A stretch of DNA of 64,000 nt from assembly GCF_009914755.1 (NCBI RefSeq), contig NC_060932.1. The stretch is one strand, 5' to 3'. The translations under genes and the position numbers were made by a program. Positions within the stretch are counted from its first letter, which is position 1. Every line of letters begins with the position of its first letter. This DNA comes from the human T2T-CHM13v2.0 reference genome, Homo sapiens. This document shows positions 31,963 through 46,654 of the stretch, one piece after another. Below the pieces are notes generated by a model. That model had not been told where the DNA came from, made no database searches, and was given only the letters and a program-made list of their open reading frames with translations.

Positions 31963-34379
31963 TAGGTAAAGAGGCCTAATAGTGTAATTAAAGTGTTGGT
32001 AATCGATTTTTAAAAGATATACATATGCACATATCTATACTTAATTTATGCAACAGCTATATAAATCACTTGTGAATAAGTGACTCATGAGAGAAAAAAG
32101 TATATTTAGTTTTCTTTTACATGTGGCATTTAATATTAGATTAGGTTTAATATTAAATTTTATGTATGCTATTCTATTTCATAATGTATTTTTAAAGTAC
32201 ACTTCAAAAAAGTATGCACTTATATTCCTAAGTCCGTATCTCAGTAGTCTCAATTTTTATGCTGTCATTTCTATGCTTTCTGCATAAAGTCTAGAATAAA
32301 AAAGCTCTGACAGCTCTATCGACATCTGTTATGAACCTACTTCCTGTTGGTCTCCCTGAGAAGACTGTAACTCCAACACTTCATTATATTAACTACTGTC
32401 TTGTTAGCACTCTCTACTCCCTGTCTGTGTGTCTTTTAACACCTTTATTTACACTGGGTAATAATTTTAAGTGTCCATCCAAAAGACTTTCATACAAAAC
32501 ATCCAACTTTTATCCTTACCCCTGTATTCCCGTTTCTCCGTTTCTGAGATAGAGTTCTCTTTACTTTGCCTAAGGCTATGAACTCTTCCTTTGATATACA
32601 CCTTCCCTTCTGTCTTTCCCTTTCAGTACTCATGCAAGGCTGACCAACCTGTATCCGTCCCGTTCTGCACCGTGCCTCCAATCGTTGGCCCTTCTATCCA
32701 TCCTGCACACTCTTTAGGTTATCTGCCTTGTAAACATTTTACATTTTTGAATATGCCAGTCAAATGTCACAGAGTATGTGTTTCATGAGATTAAAAATCT
32801 CACTCAGAAATTACCCAATTTATTAGATCAAAGATTGTTTAAGCAATGTAAAATGTTATTTGGGTTATATTCTGGCTAAAGTCTATTTCTCCATCTCTGA
32901 CACAAAATAAATCCTTGATTCCAATTAGGATGAGGACTTTATTCCTCACAGGCCATACTAGCATCCCGTTTGACCTCTCAGGGAGTACTGATACACAAAC
33001 CAAGAGTATAACACAGTAAAAATACATTACAAACGTAATGTTCCCTGTATGTTGACAGGATCTACATTTTATAATCTCTGGACATCCTTACCGCTTTGAA
33101 AATAATATTGCTTTACATCTTCTCTGTTTCATATTAGGCTTTTGGGCAAGTTCATAAAAGAGAAAGAGACAGAAGGGAGTAGAATTCTCCAAGCATGGCT
33201 GAGTTGATTTGTTAGTTTGGGCCTTTGTGTTAGAGACAGGCACAGTTTCAAAAAGCAAATTTTATTTTTGCATTATACTCCTTCTAAATGTCAACCAATT
33301 CCTTGAACATTTCTGTAGAGTATGCTCTGCCTAAAATCCACAATGTTGTTTCCTAAATTGAGTACTGACATATTAAAATCCCAATTTTCTTATTTACTTA
33401 AGACCAATCACAATCCATATACAAATTTTTAGATATCTTTGAATGATTTATGTTTTACTTGTTCATTATTCATGGATAAGATGGGAAGTTTGCTTTGGTA
33501 GAAAAACAAGCAGCAGCCAAGTGAAGTCCTCCTTGCCAAATTGTTAGAGTGGGATATGAGGAAGTTTACAACGGACTAGATTGAAGCTCTTTTACTCTAT
33601 ACTAAAAGAATTATGCTATTTGTAAAAAGAAGATAATTTCTAAGTACAACCTTACCTTTCACAGAACTAGGATATTATTTACCTTCAAGGAGTCTGCAAA
33701 GAACAGTTTAAAATCATCCTTGCAATAGAAAATAATTCACCTTTCACATACATTGAATATCATACACAAATATAGCACATATTAAAGTGAAGATACTGTT
33801 TCATACAATATTAGCAACTGAAGTGATTATCTCTGAGCTGGGAGAATAAATCAGGCACTATGCCGGAGAGAAATACATGGTTAAAAGAATAATGTCTTCA
33901 TATTAAACTTTTAACCATGTAGTGATAACAACCTTAAACAATTTTTACTTAAATGACTCATGGTGGCTATATTTCAAGTACTCATATTTGAGTATTATTC
34001 AGTATTACTATAAAAACTTTAGAGAAATAGAGTATTTACTTATATGAACGAGATTATATTTCCTTGATTCATTATTTTTTCTGAAATAACAGTAATGTGA
34101 AGGTATATTTCTTCCTCCTATTAAAACAGAACTGACTCCATGGCCTGTTTGAGAATGAATGATATTCTCTCTTCTCTCTTTTTTTAGCTTTTCTTAGTCT
34201 TTTCCATACACCTGTTCTTTGCCTTTAGTTTAGCAGGCTAAGAAGACAAACAAAAACAATGCCAAAAAAAAAGTGAAATAGTACTGAAGACATAATATAT
34301 AACTAGAGGAAAAAGGAGAAATATTTTTAAAGTATCATAATAAGTACTTAAAAGCAAGCTCGTAAAAAGATAGAACAGA

Positions 34380-34657
34380 TTTTTTTTTTTTTTTTTCTCC
34401 CGAGACCAAGTCTGGCTCTGTTGCCCAGGCTGGAGTGCAGTGGCACGAACTCGGCTCACTGCAACTTCCATGTCCCAAGTTTGAGTGATTCTCCTGCCTC
34501 AGTCTCCTGAGTAGCTCGGACCACAGGCATGCACCACCATGCCCAGCTAATTTTTATATTTTTTTAGTAGAGACTGGGTTTCTCCATGTTGGTCAGGCTG
34601 GTCTCTAACTCTTCCCAAAGTGCTAGTATTACAGGTGTGAGCCACTGGTCCCGGCTA
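34380..34657 (-). mobile_element. Alu SINE, AluS-like, with ~27-bp deletion in the left arm
   Basis: AACTCTTCCCAAAG lacks the GACCTCAGGTGATCCGCCCGCCTCGG block; AGATTTTTTTT on both flanks. Confidence 0.92.
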
Positions 34658-35250
34658 GATTTTTTTTTTTAATTACATAATGAATAAAAATACGTAGCCA
34701 AGTTTTAAATACAATATTTTCTCTGTCAAAATAAAAATTATTCCTACGGAACATAAACTAAATACAAACTACACATTAGCATATTAATTGCTAAACTGTT
34801 ACTTCGCAGTCAACAGAAAATGAGACCTTGAAGAGGAATAGATCCGAAATACATTTGAGATATTTACTGTACAAAGCAGTTAAGGGATAGTACCTCTATT
34901 AGAAGAAATGTTTGATGTTGCAGAGATCATCAGCGTAAGACTAGAAAATAATAATTATGTTGGGATAAGGGTGAATGAAGATGTAGTTTAACTGAATTAA
35001 ATTCTCATTGTTGCAAGTAGTCAGTATATGATATGAAATAATGATAAATTGAAAATAAAAGTATGAATATATTATTTGAAGTTGTTGATCTATGTTATAC
35101 ATAAATCTAATGTTGTGGTTCTTCTTTGTGGAGGAGACAAGTGCCAGGCACCTCTTTTGAGTCATCCTAAAGCTCCGTACAAAATCAATTGTTAGAAAGC
35201 ATGTGAGGGCAGAATTTGAGTAGAGTAAAAATGGCAGAAAAAAATATTCC

Positions 35251-35635
<385 letters not shown>

Positions 35636-36219
35636 TTAAATAAGTTAACACAAAATATCAACATTTGTTTTCTGTAAGGCTTGTTAGATGTATCTAAAGA
35701 TACTATTTATTAACATTCTATTAAAGAATTGATTTGGAAGATAAGGCATTACATGTTCATTGTATGTGGACCTGTTCAAGCCAGCAAAGATTGTTGGAAT
35801 ATCTAAAATATTATGCAGTCAAACTGAAAGGAAATCTACTGGTTGTACAAAAAGAAAGAATAGTTTCTATAAATATATGTAAATCAGTAAGTTAATAGCA
35901 GGTGTCACTGAAATCCATTGACCACATTGGTGAGATGCAATAGGGTCACCATTTTTCTGAAAATTGATAAATAAACCAAAGAAAGACTAAACATGTATTC
36001 TGCCTTTAGTACCTTAACATAGGCTAGCCAAAATTTTCATTAGGGAAAGTTCTTATTTGTAGACAAAATTCAGCTAACAAATGAAGGCATTTATAAAATT
36101 AGATTATAATCTTGAAACTTTTAATTAAATGGTAAATCTAAGCAAACTATAAAAATTAAGTGAAGATCAAGTAGAAATTTTGTAATGAGTGGGTATGAAT
36201 GACAGCACCTGAAGACATC

Positions 36220-36572
36220 TGATATGGTTTGGCTGTGTCCCCACCCAAATCTCATCTTGAATTGTAACTCCCATAATTCCCACATGCTGTGGGAGAAGAC
36301 TGGTGGGAGGTAATTGAATTATGGGGGCAGGTCTTTCCTGTGCTGTTCTCATGATAGTGAATAAGTCTCACGAGATATGATGATTTTAAAAATGGGAGTG
36401 GCCCTGCACAAGCTCTCTTCTCATTTGCCACCATGTGAGATGTGCCTTTCGCTTTCTGCCATGATTGTGAGGTCTCCTCAGCCACGTAAAACTGTAAGTC
36501 CAATACACTTTTCTTTTGTAAATTGCCCAGTCTCAAGTATGTCTCTATCTAGTGTGAAAATGGACTAATACA
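36220..36572 (+). mobile_element. THE1B-like solo LTR
   Basis: TGATATGGTTTGGCTGTGTCCCCACCC...GGACTAATACA; TSD ACATC/ACATT. Confidence 0.93.
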
Positions 36573-36579
36573 ACATTTT

Positions 36580-37240
36580 TAATACGACAAAAAGAAACTA
36601 TGTCTTCTGAGTTGATGCTATCTATAAGAATTACCCAATACTACCTAAGGTGTACTTGTTAAAAATAGAACTCAAATACTCATCAAGGCTCTAAAAATAA
36701 ATGTTTGCAGGATATACAAAAGCTTAATAATGTGAGGGATGAAATTACAAATTCCAATATATGGAAAACTCTACAGGATGTTCAACTTTGTTATTAAAGA
36801 AAAATTTCCAAGAAAAAAAGTTTAGGGAGAATGACTTACAGAATAAAAGAGACTTAAAAGATGTATGTATAGAAATTGTTTGGTTTCTGATTTGAATAAT
36901 CCACATAAAAATATTTCAGTTAATCACTGAAACTGAAAACTGAAATGATTTTTATGATATTTAAAAAGTTATCAATCTTATTGTAGATATTTTACATATT
37001 AAAACAATTTTTCACTTATTTTTTAGGAAAAGAACATAACTAAATTGTTACAAAAGGATTGACCAAACATCCTTTGAATGGTTTGAGGCAGCAGTTGTGG
37101 CAGGAATGGGGTTGGGGGAAATGGGGAGAAGTGAGTGAAGATAAAAGGGACTGGACATATGTTGATGTTGGTGAAATGAATGATGAGAACCTAGAGGTAC
37201 TCCACTATGCACTTGGAATTTATCATAAAAATAATTTTGA
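36580..37240 (+). mobile_element. Old L1M 3' UTR fragment
   Basis: GAATAAAAGAGACTTAAAAGA and related decayed motifs. Confidence 0.55.
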
Positions 37241-37720
37241 AAGAACATATTCACTATTGAAAATTCAAACAAGGGGAATAAATTAAAATAAAGGTCACTT
37301 ATAATCCCATAATTCCAAACATTAAAAGGTTGTATTATTTTATGAGGAAATTATAGCATTATCATATAAATATGGTATATTAATTTTTAAATAGCATTAT
37401 ACCTGAGCATTTTGCTAAGTTACTACAATGTATCAAATATATATTTTACTTATTTTTATAAAAGTGAGACATAAAGCAAGCCTAAGAGATATACTAAAAT
37501 AATAAGTACTAGAAATATAAAATAATTCTATATAAAATGATTAAATATAAATATGAAAATAAATTATAATTTAATTGTACCCAGAAAAATCATACTTGAT
37601 TTAAAGAAACTTTTAAAGCAAAATAGAATTCAAAAGCTTTAATTTTTTTTTGTATTTGACCCCTGTTATACTTAGTTTATTTTAGCATGATATAATTATG
37701 AGAAATATTTAAAGCAATAT

Positions 37721-38243
37721 TGTTACCTGTGGAAGAGATCCGAGTTCCGGAGACATTGGCGGTGAATCTGTATAGGTTTGCAGCACCCTCCATTCTTGCC
37801 TTCTCATAAGGAATTCCACTAAGGGGCATAAGGCAGAAAGAGAGACCGAGTCACGTCTCAGAACAGGAGTGAAGGCTTATTAAAAAGTTTTAGAACGGAA
37901 AGGAAACAAAGGGAAGTACAACCTGGAAGAGGGCCAAGCGGGAGACTTGAGAAGCCAAGTACACAGCTTGACCTCTTGACTTGGGGTTTAATACATTGGC
38001 ATACTTCTGGGATCTTGCCTTCTCCTCACTCCTAAGATCTTACTGGGAAGCTGCTGGTCAGTTTCAGGTGTTTTCCATTAGAAGATTGCCTTTCCCTGCC
38101 ACCGGCTGTGACCAATTACTACTTTAGAGAAACAGTTAACAACCACTTGACCATCACCTGAGGGGCTCCCAGCACATTTGGTGTGTGGAGGAGGGGAGCC
38201 CTCTCCTGCCCTGCTCATACTTGACTAGCTATCCACTGCAACA
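37721..38243 (-). mobile_element. ERV1 solo LTR, LTR19/MER66-like
   Basis: TGTTAC...GCAACA termini; perfect 4-bp TSD ATAT at 37717-37720 and 38244-38247. Confidence 0.85.
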
Positions 38244-39322
38244 ATATTTCTTGAATATCTTTTAGTACTAAGTAATGAGAATTCTGATGTTTCAGGAGTG
38301 ATTGTTACACAAAATGATATAAATAAAAAGGAAATTAAGCATCTAATATTAATATGTGTTTGAAATACATCTGGTAAAAAATATTTCTTAAAAAATGAAG
38401 AGAACTATAATTGACATTTAATGTTTAGTTTCTGAAATTTCAGTATGAATAGAGAATGCTGTCATTCTTACAACATGAATCCAGTGATACAGGCCTTCAA
38501 AATAGAGAAAATAAACTATTTTTAAGAGTAATTGTAGGTAAATGATAAATGCATATTGCTACTGCAAATTGTAATGGCATGAGTGGTGTCAAAGGTGTGC
38601 TTTTCTATTGAACTTTTTTGAATATAAAAGTAATTTAAACTTGAATAGACGAACTCATAAAGGTTATCTGCTTCAGCTTCTGAACTTTATCTGAAAAGCC
38701 ACACTACTCACTGTCAGTCATAACAATGCACTATGATCAATGTCAGTGCTGTGATATTTTCTTTCATATTTTGGTCTTCCAAGGAGACATGGTTTTTTAT
38801 GAATTTAAAAACATGGACTACCCATTGTGTCAACTGTAGAGAGTTAGCTCAAGAAAGAACTTATGATCAATTAGAAAATAATCATTCTTTCCCTAAAGAA
38901 TGGTAGTACTGTGAAAATTAACTGGCAAAAAAATTTACTGAGCTCCATAGAAACACAATTATTCCAGTAAGTTTCAATTGGGTAATAACAATAACGATTC
39001 ATTTTTATTTAGTAGGTAGCTCTAAGAGGCGACATTGAGAGCTTCTCTATAAATTTTAAAAAATACCTTAATTCTGTCACAACATCCTTCTTTTACAAAG
39101 ATATAGATTTGAAAAGTTTTTTATATTCCTCCCCTTGAACAGGAGGAATGGCACTCACAAGTATAAGGTTGTGTGAGTCAGAGAGACCTGGGTGCTAATT
39201 CTGACTGTACCTCTTTATGGTGTTGTAGCAAATCTCACAGAACCTTGGTTCCTCTCCTACCTAAATTGGAAGGGTATTTCTGTTTTTTTTCCTTGCTTAT
39301 TTGTTTGTACTGTTTCATCTAT

Positions 39323-39324
<2 letters not shown>

Positions 39325-39370
<46 letters not shown>
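39325..39370. repeat. (GT)~23 perfect microsatellite
   Basis: Directly visible. Confidence 0.97.
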
Positions 39371-39374
<4 letters not shown>

Positions 39375-39782
39375 CCCCTGACTTGGAGTAGCTTCCTCAC
39401 ATTCCTCACTTGCTGATCAGTACTCTGCTGCATACTCTAGGCTCACTCTGTGTATCTCCAGAGTTCTCTCTGCCTTCCAGTACCCCGTCCTGTGAACTCT
39501 AGCTTCCCTGCTTTCCCTGCACCCTAAGCTCCATGTCCGCAGTTCAGAGACTCCACTGGACTCTACCTGGGTTCTTGTTACCTGAGCTGCAGCTGGAAAC
39601 TCTGCAGGCGGTAAACTGGAGCATCCCAGGGCTCACCTAATTCATTTCCTGTCACTCAGGGATCACTGTTCTCCACTGCCTGATTTCCACTGGCTAAACA
39701 CTATTGCATCATATATTTTCTTCCATTTTGTTTGTTTCAGGCAAGAGGGAGTATCTGTTCTTCGCTATTCCATCTTGGCTGC
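39375..39782 (-). mobile_element. Old L1M 5' UTR fragment
   Basis: CAGGGCTCACCT, CTCAGGGATCACTG and terminal CCATCTTG motifs typical of antisense L1M 5' ends. Confidence 0.6.
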
Positions 39783-40209
39783 TTTCTGAATCCTTTGAGT
39801 GAGGCATTGGAAGATGCTTTCCTGGGAATTTTACTGCCCATCCAGTCCTCAGTGGGGGCCCATATTTCACAGATTTGTTTCGTTTAATCAAGAAGACAGG
39901 GCCCAACCACCATTATTTCATTCAATAGAGTAGAACACTGAAACTGGCTAGAGTCTCCAATTCTGCCCAAATTGGAGTGAAGGAAGTGAAGGAGATTAAG
40001 GTCTGTAAAACTCTCCCTTCAGCCTGCTCAATGCTATGAGAAAATACTTGGATCTTTGTCAATCCTAGATTTTCACCCTACCTCCAGTCTTTCCCAGCAA
40101 ATTGACTATGCCCGAGTCTCTTTTTTTTTTCCTGTTTGCAAATTACATTGTAATTTATAGAGCAACTTATTTGGAAGATTGTTGTCATTCTCATTCCATC
40201 ATCTTCATT

Positions 40210-40355
40210 CAGTTTCTCAAATAGAACTCTTCCATCTGCCACATCAGATTCTTGCCGGGGCATGGAGGAGTGTTGTTTGTTTAAAATGCAGATTCCTGGG
40301 CCCATCAAGTTTACTAATATCAAATTGGAGGGTTGGGGTTTGTCTGCACTTTAAT
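40210..40355. mobile_element. MER5A-like hAT-Charlie fossil
   Basis: TTTAAAATGCAGATTCCTGGGCCC core. Confidence 0.6.
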
Positions 40356-41505
40356 AAATTGGTAAAATACACATAACATACAGTTTACCATCTTGACCAT
40401 TTTAAGTCTATAGTCCATTCATGTTAAATACAATTGCTTTAATATGCAATCAATCTCCATAACCCTTTTTGTCTTACAGAACTGAAATTCTATACACATT
40501 AAATAATAACACTTCATTCCTGGCTCCTCCCAGCCTTAGTCAACCACCATTCTACTTTAATCTCTAGGTACTGACTACTCTAGGTAGCTCATAAAAATGA
40601 AATCATATAGTATTTGTCTTTTGGTCACTCATTTATTTCATTTTAGCATAATGTCCTCAAGGTTTATCCACTTTGTTTATGTCAGAATGTCTTTCTTTTT
40701 AAGGCTGAATATTATTGCATTGTATGTATATACTACATTTTGTTTATCCTTTCATCCATTCATAAATACTTGGATTATTTCCACATTTTAACTAGCGTGA
40801 ATAATGCTACTATGAAACTGGGTGTACAAATACTTCTTCAAGGCATTAATTTTTATTCTTTTAGGTGTATACCTAGAGATGGAATTGCTAGATCATATGA
40901 CAATTCTATCTTGAATTTTTAACCAACAGCCCTGCTGTTTCTCATAGAGGCTGTACCATTTTACATTACCACCAATGGTGCACAAGGGTTCCAATTTCTC
41001 TGCATCTTTGCCAACACTTGTTATTTTATTTTCATAGTAGCTATCCTAATGGGTATGAGTTGGTATCTCAATGTGGTTTTGATTTGCATTTTCCTAATAA
41101 TTGTAATGTTTACCATCTTTTCACGTGCTTCTTAGCCATGTGTGTATCTACCTTAGAGAAATGTCTATTCTTGTCCTTTTTCCATTTTTTTTTCTTTTTC
41201 TCTTCTTTCTTTTTTTTAAAGACAGGGTCTCACTCTGTCACCCAGGCTGGAGTGCAGTGATGTGATCTCAGCTCACGGCAACTTTCACCTCCTGGGCTTA
41301 AGCAATCCTCCAACCTCAGCCTCCTGAGTAGTTGGGACTACAGGCACACACCACCATGCCCAGCTAATTTTTGTACTTTCAATAGGATTGTTTGCTTTTT
41401 GTTATTGAGTTGTAGATCTCTATATATCCTCGATGTTAACTTCTGATCAGATGTATAATTTACAGATCGTTTCTTCCGTTTCATGTGTTGGCTTTTTACT
41501 CTGAG
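40352..41505 (-). mobile_element. L1MA/MB 3' fragment with an inserted Alu right arm (41185-41378)
   Basis: GGTAAAATACACATAACATA...TTTACCATCTTGACCATTTTAAG; AluJ/FRAM-like GACAGGGTCTCACTCTG...CCCAGCTAATTTT. Confidence 0.85.
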
Positions 41506-42096
41506 TCCACTCTTGTTAACTAAGAATACAAACTGATTCTGCTAAGGTGAGAGAATTAAAACTGGACCTGATTAAACTCAGTGTAAGTTACAGAAAGGAT
41601 AACTGCAGCATCTAGGGCAAAGGTAGTAGAGTGAGATTGTGAAGTTACTGCATGCTTTCTCTTCTCACATTTAATTCACTTTACTTATTACTTTCTCATT
41701 TACTTTGATTAAGGCACTTCATGAAGGGGATAAATAGTCTCTTATTTCATGCTCAAGTGTGTTCATTGTTGACATTCTCCAGGCAATAGAGTTTTAAAAT
41801 GAATCAATTAAGTGACATATCCATAAATATTAACCTGAAAATAAACCTTCTATCATCACCACGACTTTACTGAGAGGGGAAGTTCAATGGGGAAGTCCCC
41901 ACAGAAATAATTCAATGTGAAAATTGTTCCCAATTCATGAAGTATAATAGGGAATAAAGCACTTCACTTTCAAGGATGACACTTTCCTTTTTTGCTCACC
42001 GTTACACGTATATCCACATCTAGTAGAGATCGGGTAGAGGTTGGAGGTTTTGAATTCACATGTATCATTTTCATTTAGTAGTTGGCAAGCATCAAC

Positions 42097-42633
42097 TGCA
42101 AATAATTAAAAGGGTCAGAATCTGTTTAAAGAGAGTTTATTTAAGGGCAAAGTTTGAGAATAACAGCCCTGGAAACATAGATTCAAAAGAATGGAAGTCA
42201 GTATTCCAAAGTATTAAAGTTTGGGATCATTTATATAGGCAAAGTTTAGAGAGGCTTAACGGAATTTCAACGGCTTTGTATATAAGGCTTAATGCATAGT
42301 CCCAACAATCTAATTAGTCAATGGTCTTTTTCTCTGGGGAAAGGTATATTTAACATTCCACAAAATATATTTAATCTTCCACTGAAGACCCATGGGGTAT
42401 TTTGTACCATCTAGTTTGAGTTAGGTACAGAACAATGAAGGAGGCAGTTCATCTATAACAAAAATCTGATTTGAAGGGGAGAAGATCTGATCTCTTGTCT
42501 CTCCTAGTCATATACAGAACTAGAACAATGAGGAAGAGAGTTAATCTGTAATCTAAGAAGCACAATTGCAGCCGCCTTCTCCCTGTTGGCATAATAAAAT
42601 TTAGAGCGTCTTGAAATTTTCTTTTCTTTTACA
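42097..42633 (-). mobile_element. ERV1 solo LTR, MER4-group-like
   Basis: TG...CA; minus start TGTAAAAGAAAAGAAAATTTCAAGACGCTCTAAATTT; minus AATAAA near 42136; TSD not clear. Confidence 0.65.
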
Positions 42634-42944
42634 TAAGTAACCCACAGATTAAGAAGAAACAAACTGGGATACATTTTCCTCTTTAGGACCCATAGCTATA
42701 GATTACCCAAAATTAAACCTGGGTCATTAGGCAAAGTTTAGCTATAAAAAGACCTAAAAGAGTAATCACTATATGTAAAATATTCACTGACTGTTACCAT
42801 TATTTAAGTAAAATATAGATATGCACACACACCTTGCATGTAAATGTAAAGTTGAATATAAGCTAACTTAATTTCTACAATATTTTTATTCCAGTTTTTT
42901 AGATAATTATATGCTTTCTCAGAAAAATGTAAAAATGTACACAA

Positions 42945-43227
42945 GAGGGAGGCATTTCCAGAACAGCACAATAAGGACCTCCACAATCTATCCCTTTTAA
43001 GAACAAAAAGATTTCTGATACAATAATTATCAAAATCAAGTTTTTTAAAACTCTGAAAATTAACGAAAGGACCACAAAAATATGAAAATTTTTTTTAAAT
43101 GGCTGACTCCTAGTAAGAACAGCAAGGCTTATGGTGCTCTAATTTGTGCTGTTTTCACCTCCTTCAACTTTTCTCTCCAGAAGCCTTGAAAACCAGCATT
43201 CTAGAAACCATGGAATCTCTGGAAGCC
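42945..43227 (+). mobile_element. L1M 5' UTR fragment (probable upstream part of the L1 resuming at 53738)
   Basis: AAAACTCTGAAAATTAAC and AATGGCTGACTCCTAGTAAGAACAGC motifs. Confidence 0.55.
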
Positions 43228-43558
43228 TAGGGCACCAACTCATGACTGCCTCTAGTTGGCCATGGGCCAATTCACTTCAGCCTCTAATTGGCTGTGGCCC
43301 CAAATCCTTCACCAACATAGTGAGTAACCAATGGGAAACCTCTAAATGGTACTTAAACCCAAGAAAACTTTGCAACTGGGGTTCTTGAATGACTTGCTCA
43401 GGCCTGCTCCCACTCTGAAAAGTGTACTCTCACTTCAATAAATATCTACTTTTGCTGTCTCATTCTCTTGTTGCTTTGTCTGTGCATTTTGTTCAATTTT
43501 TTGTACAACATGCCAAGAACCTGTACAACTCTCACTCAAGATCTTCCTTCTGGTAACA
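43228..43558 (+). mobile_element. 5' LTR, missing ~200 bp of U3
   Basis: Homologous to 53415-53737; ends GGTAACA; AATAAA at 43437-43442. Confidence 0.9.
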
Positions 43559-43563
43559 TATTT

Positions 43564-43581
43564 TGGCATGCCAGTCAGGAG
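43564..43581 (+). promoter_or_regulatory. Primer binding site, tRNA-Arg(ACG) type
   Basis: TGGCATGCCAGTCAGGAG matches TGGCGAGCCAGCCAGGAG at 15 of 18 positions, 5 nt after the LTR end. Confidence 0.8.
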
Positions 43582-44805
43582 GTAAGCCTAAATTTGGGGA
43601 TTTATTTTCTTTCTTTGTTTCTTTCTTTTTCTTTTCCTTTTTGTCAAGCCTTCATTTGTGGGTATGGGATGGACTCATCCCTATGCAGGCTCCCTCCACT
43701 CCATAAAAGGGAAACCCTTTCTCTCTCTCCCTTTTCCTTTCCTAACTTGGGACTCTTGGTGGACAGCATCTAAGCATGGAGACAACTGCAGGTCTCTGGC
43801 TGGGGCCACTCTCCAGTGAGAGGCTCCTGACCACCACTGCCCTGCCTGGTTCCACCAAGGAACTTTGTCTTTTCCTTTTTTTTCTTTTTTCAGTCTCCTT
43901 TTCCTTTTTTTTTTTTTTTTTTTTCAGTCCTGTGGCCACTCTCTGATTTTACCTGAAGGCCAAGGAATGAACAAGGATAGCTGCCCTGCCCAAAAAAGAG
44001 AAGGACTCTTTTCTATCCTTTCTGGTTATAGTCCCTTATCACTATGTGTGACACAGTTGGGAGCAGCAGTTCATCCAAGGTAAATTCACATACCTTTCAG
44101 GTGATTTCAACCCTCTCTTTCTTATGCTAAAATTCTCCTGTGGAGCCCAAGTGTGCCCATGATGCCAGAAGATAATGTCTCTTAAGTGTTTTGACCTCCC
44201 TTCTCCTACTCAATCTGGCTGAGGACCTTTGGGGCCCACAAGCTTTAGAATACATCCTACCTCTTGGACCTCTACTGAAAAAAGCCTGTTTCTTTTGTAG
44301 TTACCATATTATTTCTATAGAATGGCCTGCCTATACACAGGAACCACTGTCATAGTGGTGGATTTTTAACCATTCCCTCCCTTGTCAAGGGCTTGAGTGG
44401 AATAACCAAACCCATTATTTCATTTTTCATGCCCAAAATCCATCCTACCTCTCTTGAGCAATTACACTTGATCCCCATTACAAAAGAAGCCTGCCCAGTG
44501 TTCAGTCTCTGTCATTTAAAATTTATGGCTATCACCCTAATAGAATGGGAAGCATGGGAAAGCATAGCCTTATCACATTTCAAGGATGCCAAGAGTTGGG
44601 GCCTTCATCCAGAGACAATAGGGAAACTCATGCTGGGCCATCAATTGTGGAGGGAACCATTCTAAAGTGGAACTGGCCACCATCTAAGGTAAGAGATGCC
44701 TGACAAACTAAAAAAGGGCCCTAAAGGAGGATGCCCCTGGGGACTCCAGACATGACCCAATTTTTCCAGCAGGATGCCCCAGGTAAAATTTGGGTCACTA
44801 AATAA

Positions 44806-46617
<1,812 letters not shown>

Positions 46618-46654
46618 GGGGCTCAGTTAGTCAAAACTCTAGCAGTGCAAAGAC

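Noticed and set aside
39173-39416. ORFs with a (CV)n tract
   Set aside because: Translation of the (GT)n microsatellite
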